From Gammaproteobacteria bacterium (GTDB lineage: Bacteria > Pseudomonadota > Gammaproteobacteria > SKWO01), in assembly GCA_007128895.1 (NCBI GenBank), contig SKWO01000001.1, positions 4,477 through 68,476 of the forward strand: a DNA stretch of 64,000 bases, written 5' to 3'. Every line of letters begins with the position of its first letter. Position 1 is the stretch's first letter. A program made the translations under genes and the position numbers. Shown here one piece after another: positions 25,627 through 35,384 of the stretch. The notes below the pieces were generated by a model, which was not told where the DNA came from, did no database searches, and saw nothing but the letters and a program-made list of their open reading frames with translations.

Positions 25627-26550
25627 TTACTTGACCGGGGTCAGCCAGTCTTCGTAGCCCGGCAGCTTGCCCTTGACCAGATCGAAGTAGAGCGACTGCA
25701 GGCGGGTGGTGATCGGGCCACGACCGCCGTCGCCAATGGTGCGGGCATCGAATTCACGGATCGGCGTGACTTCGGCGGCGGTGCCGGTGAAGAAGGCCTC
25801 GTCGGCCACGTAGACCTCGTCACGGGTAATGCGCTTCTCGCGCACCTCGATCCCCTCCTTGCGCGCCAGCCGAATGACGGTGTCGCGGGTGATGCCGTCC
25901 AGTGCCGAGGTCAGTTCCGGGGTGTAGATCACGCCGTCACGTACCATGAAGAAGTTCTCGCCCGAGCCCTCGGCCACAAAGCCGTCGACGTCGAGCAGCA
26001 GCGCCTCGTCGTAGCCGTCACGCACCGCCTCCTGCAGCGCCATCATCGAATTCATGTAGTTGCCGTTGGCCTTCGCCTTGCACATGGTGATGTTGACGTG
26101 GTGGCGAGTAAAGGACGAGGTGCGAATGCGGATCCCCTTCTCCAGCCCCTCGGCACCCAGGTAACTGCCCCATGACCAGGCGGCGACCATGACGTGGACC
26201 TTCAGATTGTCGGCACGCAGCCCCATGCCCTCGGAGCCGTAGAAGCACATCGGGCGCAGATAGGCGGCATCGAGCCCGTTCTCGCGCACGGCGGCAATCT
26301 GCGCCTGATTCAGCGTCTCGATGTCGTACGGCATCTTCATGTTGAGGATCTTGGCCGAACGGAACAGGCGCTCGGTGTGGGCCTGCAGACGAAAGATCGC
26401 CGGACCGCTGTCGGTGGCGTAGGCGCGCACCCCTTCGAAGACCCCCATGCCGTAGTGCAGGGTGTGGGTGAGAACGTGGGTCTTGGCCTCGCGCCACGGC
26501 ACCAGTTGGCCGTCGAGCCAGATCACGCCATCGCGGTCATCCATCGACAT
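25627..26550 (-). CDS. ilvE: Branched-chain amino acid aminotransferase
   Basis: 307-aa class IV aminotransferase with the conserved IlvE N-terminus (WLDGQLVPWREAKTHVLTHTLHYGMGVFEGVRAY) and the PLP Lys region. Confidence 0.9.
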   Translation of the reverse strand: MSMDDRDGVIWLDGQLVPWREAKTHVLTHTLHYGMGVFEGVRAYATDSGPAIFRLQAHTERLFRSAKILNMKMPYDIETLNQAQIAAVRENGLDAAYLRPMCFYGSEGMGLRADNLKVHVMVAAWSWGSYLGAEGLEKGIRIRTSSFTRHHVNITMCKAKANGNYMNSMMALQEAVRDGYDEALLLDVDGFVAEGSGENFFMVRDGVIYTPELTSALDGITRDTVIRLARKEGIEVREKRITRDEVYVADEAFFTGTAAEVTPIREFDARTIGDGGRGPITTRLQSLYFDLVKGKLPGYEDWLTPVK

Positions 26551-26613
26551 CGGTCATTGCTCCTTGAAGGGTCGGTTGCGAACCGTGAGTTATAGAACAT
26601 CCGGCAGCACGGT

Positions 26614-29484
26614 TCAACCGAAAAGTTGTTGCCAGACGGCGCTGACGTGGGCGCGCTCCTCGGCGAAGTGGGGCTCGGGAAGGCGGGCCGGCTGCTGCTG
26701 CAGGGTCAGGCGGTGGATCGCCCGGCGGTAGTTGCGGTAGGCGTCGGCCAGTTGGTCGCAGCGCTCACGTGGCAGCAGGCCGCTGCCGGCGATGGTGTGC
26801 AGGATGCGGATGTTGTCGGTCCAGTCGAGCAGCGCGTCGACCTCCCCAGCATGGCGCAGAACCAGGTACTGGACGATGAATTCGATGTCGGCGATGCCGC
26901 CGGCATCCTGCTTGATGTCGAACTCGCCGGCCTTCGGGCTGCCCAGGCTGGTGCGCATCTTCTCGCGCATCTGGCGCACCTCGTCGCGCAGCTGCTCCGG
27001 GTCGCGTGGGCGGGTCAGCACGGCGCGCCGGATCTCGGCGAAACGCTCGGCGATGACCGGATCACCGGCCACGGCACGGGCGCGCACCAGGGCCTGGTGC
27101 TCCCAAGTCCACGCCTCGTCGTTCTGGTACTCGGCAAAGGCGTCGATCCCGGAGACGAGTAGACCGGAGGCGCCGCTCGGACGCAGTCGTGTGTCGACCT
27201 CGTAGAGGGTGCCGGCGGCGGTGCGCGAGGTCAGGATATGGATGATGCGCTGGCCCAACCGGGCGAAGAAGACCGCACTCTCGATCGGGCGCTCGCCGTG
27301 GGTGGGGCTGTCTTCGCTGCTGCTGCCGTGGAGGAAGACCAGATCGAGGTCGGAGCCGTAGCCCAGCTCCCAGCCGCCCATCTTGCCGTAGGCGATCACC
27401 GCGAAGCCCTTGTCGCAGGCCGTTCCGCTGGCGTCACAACTGGGCCGGCCGTGGCGCTCGACCAGGTGGCCCCAAGCGATCTCGAGCACCTCGTCGACGA
27501 GTACCTCGGCCAGCCAGGTCAGGTGGTCGCTGACCACCATCAGCGGCATCGCCTCGCTGACATCGGCGGCGGCCACCCGCAGGGTGGTCGCCTGCTGGAA
27601 ATGGCGCAGGCTGTCCATCTGCTGCTCGAGATCGGCGCGATCGACACGGGCCAGCTGTTGGCGCAGTTCGCCGGCCATCTCGTCGCGGTCGGGCGGGGCA
27701 TAGAGGGTACGCGGATCGAGCAGCTCGTCCAGCAGCAGCGGGTGGCGGGTCAGCAGCCGGGCGATCCAGGGACTGGCGCCACACAGACGGGCCAGCTGGG
27801 AGAGGGCCATCGGGTTCTCGACCAGCAGGGCGAGATAGGCGGTACGCCGGGCGATTGTCTCGACCAGACCGAGCAGCCGCTGCAGGCTGTCGCCGCTCGC
27901 CTCCATGCCGGCACAGACGCCGATGGCCAGCGGTACCAAGCGGTCCATACGCTCCCTGCCACGCTTGGAGAGGGCGCGCACGGCGTGGCTCTCACGCAGG
28001 GCCGTGAGCTGCTCATAGGCCGGCTGCGGCTGCTCGTAGCCCAGCGCGCTCAGTGTGGCGAGTGCCGCTTCGTCATCGGCCAGGCCGTTCCAGAGGGCGA
28101 CCAGGTCGTGCTCATCACTCTCGGCATGGCGCGTCTGCGGGGCCTCGAAGACCTGTTCGAAGTGGCGCTGAACCCGGCTGCGGTGGCGGTCGAGGTCACG
28201 CAGGAAGTGGGCGCTGTCGGCATAGCCCATGGCACAGGCCAGGCGCTCGATGCCCTCCTGGTCGTGCTCGGCCGGCAGGTCGTGGGTCTGGCGATCCTCA
28301 TACGCCTGCAAGCGGTGTTCGGCCCGACGCAGAAAATCGTACGCCTCGCTCAGCTCTTGCACGACGAAGTCGGGCAGGTAGCCTGCCAACTGCAGCCGCT
28401 GCAGCACCGTGAGCACTCGCCGCTCCTGCAGTTCGGGCTCGCGCCCGCCCCTGATCAGCTGAAAGGCCTGGGCGATGAACTCGATCTCGCGGATGCCGCC
28501 GGGGCCCAGCTTGAGGTTGGCCTGTCGCCCCTTGCGCCGGACTTCGCTGGCGATCATTGCCTTCATCTCGCGCAGCGACTCGAAGGCGCCGTAGTCGAGA
28601 TAGCGGCGGTAGACGAAGGGGCGCAGCCGCGCCATCAGCTGCTCCCCTGCGGTCGGGTCGCCGGCAATCGGGCGCGCCTTGATCATGGCGTAGCGCTCCC
28701 ATTCGCGCCCTTGCGATTCGTAGTACTCCTCCATCGCGTCGAAGCTGGTGGCCAACGGGCTGGTCGAGCCGAACGGGCGCAGGCGCATGTCGACGCGGAA
28801 GACAAAGCCGTCGGCCGTGGCCCGGTCGAGGGCATCGATCAGGCGCCGGCCAAGTCGGGTGAAGTACTCCTCGTGGCTGACCGAACGTGGGCCGCCCTGG
28901 GTCTCACCCTCTTCAGCAAAGGCGAAGATCAGATCGATGTCGGAGGAGAAGTTGAGTTCACGCGCACCGAGCTTGCCCATGCCGAGCACCACCAGGCCGA
29001 TCGGCCGGCCGTCGCTGCCGGTCGGGGTGCCGTACTCGGCACGCTGCCAGCCATCCAGCAGGGCCAGTGCCCGATCGGTCAGGCACTCGGCCAGGGTAGA
29101 GAGGTCGCCGGTGGTCTCGGCCAGATCAGCCAGTCCGGCCAGGTCACGCCAGGCAATGCGCACCATCTCGCGCCGCCTGAGCGCGCGCAGACGGCGTGAC
29201 AGGGTGGCCTCGTCCTCGATCCCCGCCAGGGCCTCGGTCAAATGGCGGCGGTAGTCGTCATCCTCCCAGGCGCGCCACAGTTCGCCACTGGCGCTGAGGT
29301 CGAGTAGCAGCTCGGGATGGCGGATGCAGTTGCGCGCGACAAACTCACTGGCCCCCCAGACCCGTTCCCGGCTCTCGGCCAGCCGCGTATCCTGGGGTGG
29401 CTCGACCCCGGCCTGCTGCGCGGCCTCGAGCCAGCTCTGCCACAAACGTTCAGCCCGGCGGCGACAGACGGTGGCCAGCTCCAT
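26614..29484 (-). CDS. glnE: Bifunctional glutamine synthetase adenylyltransferase / adenylyl-removing enzyme
   Basis: 956 aa with two nucleotidyltransferase domains (two GSSDIDL/GSDLDL motifs) and GlnE linker regions. Confidence 0.9.
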   Translation of the reverse strand: MELATVCRRRAERLWQSWLEAAQQAGVEPPQDTRLAESRERVWGASEFVARNCIRHPELLLDLSASGELWRAWEDDDYRRHLTEALAGIEDEATLSRRLRALRRREMVRIAWRDLAGLADLAETTGDLSTLAECLTDRALALLDGWQRAEYGTPTGSDGRPIGLVVLGMGKLGARELNFSSDIDLIFAFAEEGETQGGPRSVSHEEYFTRLGRRLIDALDRATADGFVFRVDMRLRPFGSTSPLATSFDAMEEYYESQGREWERYAMIKARPIAGDPTAGEQLMARLRPFVYRRYLDYGAFESLREMKAMIASEVRRKGRQANLKLGPGGIREIEFIAQAFQLIRGGREPELQERRVLTVLQRLQLAGYLPDFVVQELSEAYDFLRRAEHRLQAYEDRQTHDLPAEHDQEGIERLACAMGYADSAHFLRDLDRHRSRVQRHFEQVFEAPQTRHAESDEHDLVALWNGLADDEAALATLSALGYEQPQPAYEQLTALRESHAVRALSKRGRERMDRLVPLAIGVCAGMEASGDSLQRLLGLVETIARRTAYLALLVENPMALSQLARLCGASPWIARLLTRHPLLLDELLDPRTLYAPPDRDEMAGELRQQLARVDRADLEQQMDSLRHFQQATTLRVAAADVSEAMPLMVVSDHLTWLAEVLVDEVLEIAWGHLVERHGRPSCDASGTACDKGFAVIAYGKMGGWELGYGSDLDLVFLHGSSSEDSPTHGERPIESAVFFARLGQRIIHILTSRTAAGTLYEVDTRLRPSGASGLLVSGIDAFAEYQNDEAWTWEHQALVRARAVAGDPVIAERFAEIRRAVLTRPRDPEQLRDEVRQMREKMRTSLGSPKAGEFDIKQDAGGIADIEFIVQYLVLRHAGEVDALLDWTDNIRILHTIAGSGLLPRERCDQLADAYRNYRRAIHRLTLQQQPARLPEPHFAEERAHVSAVWQQLFG

Positions 29485-29549
29485 GGTGACGGCTCCTCAA
29501 GGTGAAGAAGGCTTCATATTGCCTGACTCGCGCCGCCGCTGCCAACGCC

Positions 29550-30389
29550 TTACGGCTTCTTCAACTGCAGGATGCCCCAGCAGAGGTAACCGCTGCGACC
29601 GGCATCGACCCAGTGCTGCAGCCCGGCCTTCATACGCTCGATATACGCCTCGCTGCAGACGGTACGCAGTTCGTCGTGTCGTTGGATAATCTCATCCCGC
29701 ACACGGCTGTAGTGGGTTGTCAGCTGCTGGCTGTGGTCGTCCCAGCCGATCGGTTCGAGCCCATGGCGCTGCGCCGATTGGCGGTAGAAGCCGGGTGAGC
29801 CCATCGAGTCGAGGTGGATGCGGGCCAGCACCGGGCCGAGCACCCCCTCCGGGCAGTCGTCGCTCTGCATCGGATCGGTGAAGATGGCCTGTCCGCCCGG
29901 CTTGAGCAGGCGGGCGATCTCGCCGATGATGGTATCGCGGCGACCGCTGTGGAGAAAGGCGTCCTGCGACCAGATGATGTCGAAGCTGGCGTCGGGCTCA
30001 TCGACCTGTTCGAAGTTGCCATCGACCACCCGGATCTTCTCATCCAGCCCCTGCTCCCGGTTCATCCGTCGGTTGCGCTCGTTCTGCACCTCGCTCAGAT
30101 TGAGGCAGGTGACGTGGCAGCCGAAACGCTCGGCCAGATAGCGGGCGGTGCCGCCGTAGCCGGCACCCAGATCGAGCACGCGCATGGCCGGGGTGATCTG
30201 GCCCAGCCGCTCAGCCATTTGCTCGACGGTGCGACGGCTAGCCGTTGCGATGCTCTCCTGCTCATCCCGGTAGAGGCCGATGTGGATGTCCTCGCCGCCC
30301 CAGACGGTGGCGTAGAAGCTGTCGGCGTCGTCACTGTTGTAGTAGTCGCGGGCCACCCCGACGACATCATTGCTTTCGCTCTGGCTCAT
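29550..30389 (-). CDS. sdmt: Sarcosine/dimethylglycine N-methyltransferase
   Basis: 279-aa class I SAM methyltransferase (VLDLGAGYGGTARYLA). Its N-terminus and length match the halophile SDMT of the glycine-methylation betaine pathway. It lies immediately downstream of the GSMT gene. Confidence 0.75.
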   Translation of the reverse strand: MSQSESNDVVGVARDYYNSDDADSFYATVWGGEDIHIGLYRDEQESIATASRRTVEQMAERLGQITPAMRVLDLGAGYGGTARYLAERFGCHVTCLNLSEVQNERNRRMNREQGLDEKIRVVDGNFEQVDEPDASFDIIWSQDAFLHSGRRDTIIGEIARLLKPGGQAIFTDPMQSDDCPEGVLGPVLARIHLDSMGSPGFYRQSAQRHGLEPIGWDDHSQQLTTHYSRVRDEIIQRHDELRTVCSEAYIERMKAGLQHWVDAGRSGYLCWGILQLKKP

Positions 30390-30392
30390 CGC

Positions 30393-31220
30393 TCACTCCT
30401 CTTCCGTCTGCAGGTACTTCTTCTCGGCAACGTGGATGTAGAAGTCAGGATCGGCCTGGTGGTGGGTCTCCTGGAAGTCGGCATAGGTCTTGACCTGCTG
30501 GAAGCCGACTTCGCGCATCAGCTTGGTCGTGTACTCCCGGCGCAGCGGGAACATGTTGAGGTGGAAGACCGACTTGTCGGGAAACTCATAGCGGAAGCGG
30601 GCCAGCCCCTCGTCGACGTACTCCGGCTCGGCCTTGACGTTGTCGCCGCAGTAGTAATAGGTGTGCTTGGACGAGAAACCGTCATCCAGGATGCTGTCGT
30701 AGTTGCGCTGGTCGAGGATCAGGATGCCGTCGTGGTAGAGGGCGGCGTAGAACTCGGCCAGCGCCTTGCGCCGGTCACGCTCGTCGTGCAAGTGGGTAAA
30801 GGAGTTGCCGAGGCAGATAACGGCGTCGAACTTGCCGTGGATGTCCCGGTTGAGCCAGCGCCAGTCGGCCTGGATCGTGCGCAGGATCAGGTCGTGCTTG
30901 CGTCCGTTGGCGAAGGCGCGGGCCAGCATCTCCGGGCTGCCATCGGCGCTGACCACATCGAAACCGGCCTGCATCAGGCGCACCGAATGGAAGCCAGTGC
31001 CGGTGGCCACATCAAGAACCTTGCGTACCCCGCGCGCCTTGAGCTCGCGGATGAAAAAGTCCCCTTCGCTCTCGGCCCGCGCCTTCCAGTCGATCAACTG
31101 GTCCCACTTGCCGACGAAGTCGTGGACATACTCCTCCTGATACTTGCCGGTGTCACGGACTTCGGTGGGGTCCTCGCCGTAGTTCTGCACCGGATTGGCG
31201 CTGATGATCTCGTTGCTCAT
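30393..31220 (-). CDS. gsmt: Glycine/sarcosine N-methyltransferase
   Basis: 275 aa with strong collinear similarity to the Ectothiorhodospira/Halorhodospira GSMT as I recall it (KVRDTGKYQEEYVHDFVGKWDQLIDW...DFFIRELKARG...VLDVATGTGFHSVRLMQAGFDVVSADGSPEML...ILRTIQADWRWLNRDIHGKFDAVICLGNSFTHL...). Confidence 0.85.
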   Translation of the reverse strand: MSNEIISANPVQNYGEDPTEVRDTGKYQEEYVHDFVGKWDQLIDWKARAESEGDFFIRELKARGVRKVLDVATGTGFHSVRLMQAGFDVVSADGSPEMLARAFANGRKHDLILRTIQADWRWLNRDIHGKFDAVICLGNSFTHLHDERDRRKALAEFYAALYHDGILILDQRNYDSILDDGFSSKHTYYYCGDNVKAEPEYVDEGLARFRYEFPDKSVFHLNMFPLRREYTTKLMREVGFQQVKTYADFQETHHQADPDFYIHVAEKKYLQTEEE

Positions 31221-31596
31221 GCAGATCTTACCTCCCTCTTTCTGGTCAGTTGGCGGCAGACGCAGACGAACCTGCGCGAACGATCACGCTATCGTGATGC
31301 CGGTCGGCCCGATTCGAGTCCGCCTGCTGCTCTGTTGTGTGCTGGCTTTCCGGTTCCCGGGGCCGTTGGAGCGGGCTCCGACCCTGTTTCCGGTGCTGTC
31401 GTCGCTGGGCGACTCGTGGGTCATTGGACCCGAACGGCCCATGGCCGCGTTGATGACCCTTGCCGGCCGGTGTGGTCGGCCGCTGGCGGGCGCCTGCCCG
31501 CGGGTCGTTTGGATGCACGCGCTGATCGCGGTGCTTTATGATTCGAGTCGGTTACCTTAACATGCCTTGGCCGACCAATACAGGGAGAGAGGCCGG

Positions 31597-33402
31597 ATGT
31601 GCGGATTTTGTGGTGAGTTGCGTCTTGATGGCGGTGCCGGACGGATCGATCTGGTCCGCCGCATGCTGCCATCCCTGGCGCGGCGGGGACCCGATGGCGA
31701 AGGGGTCTGGCATGATGGGCCGGTCGCCCTAGGTCACCGTCGTCTGGCGATCATTGATCTGTCCGATCATGCTGCCCAGCCGATGGTCGATGCCACCCTC
31801 GGTCTGACGCTGGTCTTTAACGGCACGATCTATAACTACCGTGAGCTGCGTACCGAGTTGGCCGAACTCGGCTACCACTTCTTCTCACGTGGCGACAGTG
31901 AGGTCATCCTGAAGGCGTATCACGCCTGGGGTGAGCACTGCGTCGAACGGCTGCACGGCATGTTTGCCTTCGCCATCTGGGACCGGCACCAGCAGCAACT
32001 CTTCCTGGCACGTGATCGACTTGGCATCAAACCGCTCTACTATGCCCCGGGCAGCGATGGTTTTCGGTTTGCCTCCAACACCATGGCACTGCTCGCCGGC
32101 GGCGGTATCGATACCGATATCGACCCGATCGCCCTGCACCATCAACTGACCCTGCACGCCGTCATCCCTGCGCCACGCACCCTGCTGCAGGGCATCCGCA
32201 AACTGGAACCGGCCACCACCCTGACGCTCACCGCCGACGGCTCGAGCCACCACCGCCGTTACTGGCAACTCGATGCCGTACGCAGTCAAACGGGATGGGA
32301 CGAGGCCGAGTGGACCGAGGCAATCCACGTGTCCTTGCGTGAGGCCGTGCGCAAACGCATGGTCGTAGCGGATGTCCCCGTGGGGGTCCTGCTCTCCGGC
32401 GGGCTCGACTCGAGCCTGCTGGTGGCCCTGCTCGCCGAGGCCGGTGTCGACCAGCTGAACACCTTCTCCATCGGCTTCGAGGATGCTGCCCAGGAAAGCG
32501 GCTCCGAGTTCGAGTTCTCCGATCCTGTCGCCGCCCGTTACGACACGCGCCACCACCGTTTTCTGATTCCCAACGACGAGGTCCTGCAGCGTCTGCCTGA
32601 GGCCGTCGAGCAGATGGCCGAACCGATGGTCGGACAGGATGCGGTGGCTTTCTACCTGCTCGCTGAGCAGGTCTCGCGCGAGGTCAAGGTGGTGCAAAGT
32701 GGCCAGGGAGCTGACGAAGTCTTTGCCGGCTACTTCTGGTATCCGCGCATGGCTGCGGCTGAAGGTGACCTTGTGCGCCGCTTCGCCGACCACTATTTTG
32801 ATCGTGACCATGACGAGCTGCTGGCGACCGTCACCGCACCCTGGCGTGGCGATGACTACACCTCTGGCCTGGTAGCTCAACGTCTCGCGATGCCCGAAGC
32901 CGATACCTTCATCGACCGGGTACTGCACTTCGATGTCACTACGCTGATCGTCGATGATCCGGTCAAGCGGGTCGACAACATGACCATGGCGTGGGGGCTC
33001 GAGGCGCGCGTGCCCTTCCTGGACCACCACTTGGTCGAGCTCGCTGCCGCGATGCCGCCTGAGCTCAAGCTCGCCTCCGGAGGCAAACACGTGCTGCGCT
33101 CCATCGCCCGTGGCCGTCTGCCCGATGCCGTCATTGACCGCCCCAAGGGTTACTTTCCCATGCCGGCCCTGAAGTACGTCCGCGGCCCCTTCCTCGACTT
33201 CATGCGCGACATCCTGCTCTCACAGCCGGCACGTGAACGCGGCCTCTTCGATAGCCAGTATGTCGAGCGTCTCCTTGCCGCGCCAGAAGCGTCGGCCCAC
33301 TACACCCGGCTCCAGGGTAGTAAGCTGTGGCATCTGGCGCTGCTCGAACTCTGGTTACAACGTCATGTCGACGGTCATCTGCTCTGTAGCCGTGCCCCCT
33401 GA
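31597..33402 (+). CDS. asnB: Asparagine synthetase (glutamine-hydrolysing) family amidotransferase
   Basis: 601 aa with an N-terminal Met-Cys (Ntn glutaminase), a PP-loop SGGLDSS, and AsnB C-terminal motifs. It is divergent from the betaine operon. The start was trimmed to the Met at 31597, which has a GGGAGAGAGG ribosome-binding site. Confidence 0.85.
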   Translation: MCGFCGELRLDGGAGRIDLVRRMLPSLARRGPDGEGVWHDGPVALGHRRLAIIDLSDHAAQPMVDATLGLTLVFNGTIYNYRELRTELAELGYHFFSRGDSEVILKAYHAWGEHCVERLHGMFAFAIWDRHQQQLFLARDRLGIKPLYYAPGSDGFRFASNTMALLAGGGIDTDIDPIALHHQLTLHAVIPAPRTLLQGIRKLEPATTLTLTADGSSHHRRYWQLDAVRSQTGWDEAEWTEAIHVSLREAVRKRMVVADVPVGVLLSGGLDSSLLVALLAEAGVDQLNTFSIGFEDAAQESGSEFEFSDPVAARYDTRHHRFLIPNDEVLQRLPEAVEQMAEPMVGQDAVAFYLLAEQVSREVKVVQSGQGADEVFAGYFWYPRMAAAEGDLVRRFADHYFDRDHDELLATVTAPWRGDDYTSGLVAQRLAMPEADTFIDRVLHFDVTTLIVDDPVKRVDNMTMAWGLEARVPFLDHHLVELAAAMPPELKLASGGKHVLRSIARGRLPDAVIDRPKGYFPMPALKYVRGPFLDFMRDILLSQPARERGLFDSQYVERLLAAPEASAHYTRLQGSKLWHLALLELWLQRHVDGHLLCSRAP

Positions 33403-33470
33403 GCGTTGAACCATCTGGCTGGCTGAGCGATACTGGCGACCGGTACCGACTTAACTAGGAGAACCACCGC

Positions 33471-33785
33471 ATGGACGTACTTGAGCGCATTGACCAGATT
33501 GTCAAGGAACACCCCATTGTCCTCTTCATGAAGGGCACCCCTCAGCTTCCCTCATGCGGCTTCTCCAGCCGCGCCGCCCAGGCACTGCAGCAGTGCGGTG
33601 TCGAGTTCGCCTATGTGAATGTACTGGCCGATCCCGAGATCTTCGAGAACCTGCCTCGCTACGCCGACTGGCCGACCTTCCCTCAGCTTTACATCAAGGG
33701 TGAGCTGATCGGCGGCTGTGATATCACCCTGGAGCTCTACCAGCAGGGTGAATTGGAGCGTCTGGCCAAGGAAGCGACCGCCTGA
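33471..33785 (+). CDS. grxD: Grx4-family monothiol glutaredoxin
   Basis: 104 aa with the CGFS active site ([11 protein letters not shown]) and the conserved [18 protein letters not shown]. Confidence 0.9.
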   Translation: MDVLERIDQIVKEHPIVLFMKGTPQLPSCGFSSRAAQALQQCGVEFAYVNVLADPEIFENLPRYADWPTFPQLYIKGELIGGCDITLELYQQGELERLAKEATA

Positions 33786-33798
33786 CGTTGATGACTCG

Positions 33799-35139
33799 AT
33801 GACACTCTGGAACCGCTGTCTGCAACGGCTGGAAGGGCTGCTCCCTGCTCAGGAGTATGCCACATGGATACTGCCGCTCCAGGCTGTTGAGCAGCCCGGA
33901 TTACTGCAAATATTGGCACCCAACCCGTTTGTTCTTGAGCATGTGCGTGATCAGCACATGGCGTTGATCCAGCAGGCCGCTACCGAGCTGCACGGCACAG
34001 AACCCTTGAAGGTCATCTTCGAGGTTGGTAGCCGTCCCGTTGCTGCAGCATCGCCTTCTTCAGTTTCATCCCCGCCCAATTCAACTGGCAGTAGTCAGGT
34101 GGCCAGCCTGCGCTATGCTCGCAGCAACTCGCTCAATACCAAGCTTACCTTTGATCTCTTTGTCGAAGGCAAGTCGAATCAGATGGCCAAGGCAGCAGCC
34201 AGTCAGGTTGCCACCAATCCCGGCACGGCGTATAACCCGCTTTTTCTCTATGGTGGAGTAGGTCTGGGCAAAACCCACTTGATGCATGCCATCGGCAACG
34301 CAATTCTGGCTCGAAACCCGGGTGGTAAAGTCGTCTTTCTCTCCTCTGAGCGTTTTGTTGCGGACATGGTCAAGGCGCTCCAACACAACGCTATCGATGA
34401 GTTCAAGAACTTCTATCGTTCTGTCGATGCCTTGTTGATCGATGACATTCAGTTCTTTGCCAACAAAGACCGTTCACAGGAGGAGTTCTTCCACACCTTC
34501 AATACCCTGCTAGAAGGTCAGCGTCAGGTGGTGCTTACCTGCGATCGCTACCCCAAGGATGTCAACGGACTGGAGGAGCGGCTCAAGTCACGCTTCGGCT
34601 GGGGGCTGACCGTTGCCATCGAGCCCCCTGAGCTGGAGACACGTGTCGCTATTCTCCTCAGCAAGGCTGAGCAAGGCGGTGTCGATCTGCCGCATGATGT
34701 CGCGTTTTACATTGCCAAACGGATTCGCTCCAACGTACGTGAACTTGAGGGTGCGTTGCGTCGTGTCATCGCCAACTCGCGTTTCAGCGGCCGTCCCGTG
34801 ACGCTCGATTTCGCACGTGAGGCTCTGCGCGATGTCTTCTCCTTCCAGGAAAAGTTGATCACGATCGAGAATATCCAGCGCACGGTGGCCGATTACTATG
34901 GTCTGCGCCTCAACGATCTGCTCTCGCAGCGCCGCTCTCGCTCGATCGCCCGTCCTCGTCAGATTGCCATGTTCCTGGCCAAGGAATTGACCAGCCACAG
35001 TCTGCCTGAGATTGGCGCCAGCTTTGGACGAGACCACACCACCGTGATGCATGCTTGTCGAAAAGTCATTGAACTCAAAGAAGAAGACAACAGAGTTGAG
35101 GAAGATCTCCGCCACCTGATCCGAAAGCTGACGACATGA
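33799..35139 (+). CDS. dnaA: Chromosomal replication initiator protein DnaA
   Basis: 446 aa with domain I, the AAA+ domain ([16 protein letters not shown]) and the domain IV HTH ([31 protein letters not shown]). The start was trimmed to the Met at 33799. Confidence 0.95.
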   Translation: MTLWNRCLQRLEGLLPAQEYATWILPLQAVEQPGLLQILAPNPFVLEHVRDQHMALIQQAATELHGTEPLKVIFEVGSRPVAAASPSSVSSPPNSTGSSQVASLRYARSNSLNTKLTFDLFVEGKSNQMAKAAASQVATNPGTAYNPLFLYGGVGLGKTHLMHAIGNAILARNPGGKVVFLSSERFVADMVKALQHNAIDEFKNFYRSVDALLIDDIQFFANKDRSQEEFFHTFNTLLEGQRQVVLTCDRYPKDVNGLEERLKSRFGWGLTVAIEPPELETRVAILLSKAEQGGVDLPHDVAFYIAKRIRSNVRELEGALRRVIANSRFSGRPVTLDFAREALRDVFSFQEKLITIENIQRTVADYYGLRLNDLLSQRRSRSIARPRQIAMFLAKELTSHSLPEIGASFGRDHTTVMHACRKVIELKEEDNRVEEDLRHLIRKLTT

Positions 35140-35384
35140 TGTGGACAACTTGTGTGCACGTGGGGTGGATTCAAAATGACGTGAAGTTATGCACAGATGA
35201 TCCACCGGTGATACCCACAGTCTCCCCGCGTCCTTCACCGGTTCTTGCTCGCGGTTTATTGCTTTAAGCGTTTGATGTACAATGAGCTGTCAGGTTTTCC
35301 ACAGGGCTTGGCAGTGCTAATAACAACAACAGTTTTTCTTCTTTATTCATCTATTTTTTAGATAACGGTCAGGGGCAACAAGCG
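35140..35384. other. Candidate oriC: DnaA-box cluster plus AT-rich unwinding element between dnaA and dnaN
   Basis: There are 9-mers within 1 mismatch of TTATCCACA/TGTGGATAA: TGTGGACAA at 35140-48, TTATGCACA at 35187-95, TTTTCCACA at 35295-303, plus weaker ATACCCACA and GATCCACC. A 45-nt A+T-rich tract (TAACAACAACAGTTTTTCTTCTTTATTCATCTATTTTTTAGATAAC) sits at about 35320-35365. There is no intergenic space upstream of dnaA, because grxD ends 13 nt before it. Confidence 0.5.

Noticed and set aside
29485-29549. Imperfect hairpin (GAAGAAGGC...GCUUCUUC) after the sdmt stop, considered as an intrinsic terminator.
   Set aside because: Mismatch in the stem, about 40-nt loop and no U-tract.
31195-31560. 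121-aa + strand ORF and a 90-aa minus-strand ORF within the gsmt/asnB intergenic region.
   Set aside because: They overlap the gsmt start and have no ribosome-binding site or conserved motifs. The region is better interpreted as regulatory DNA.
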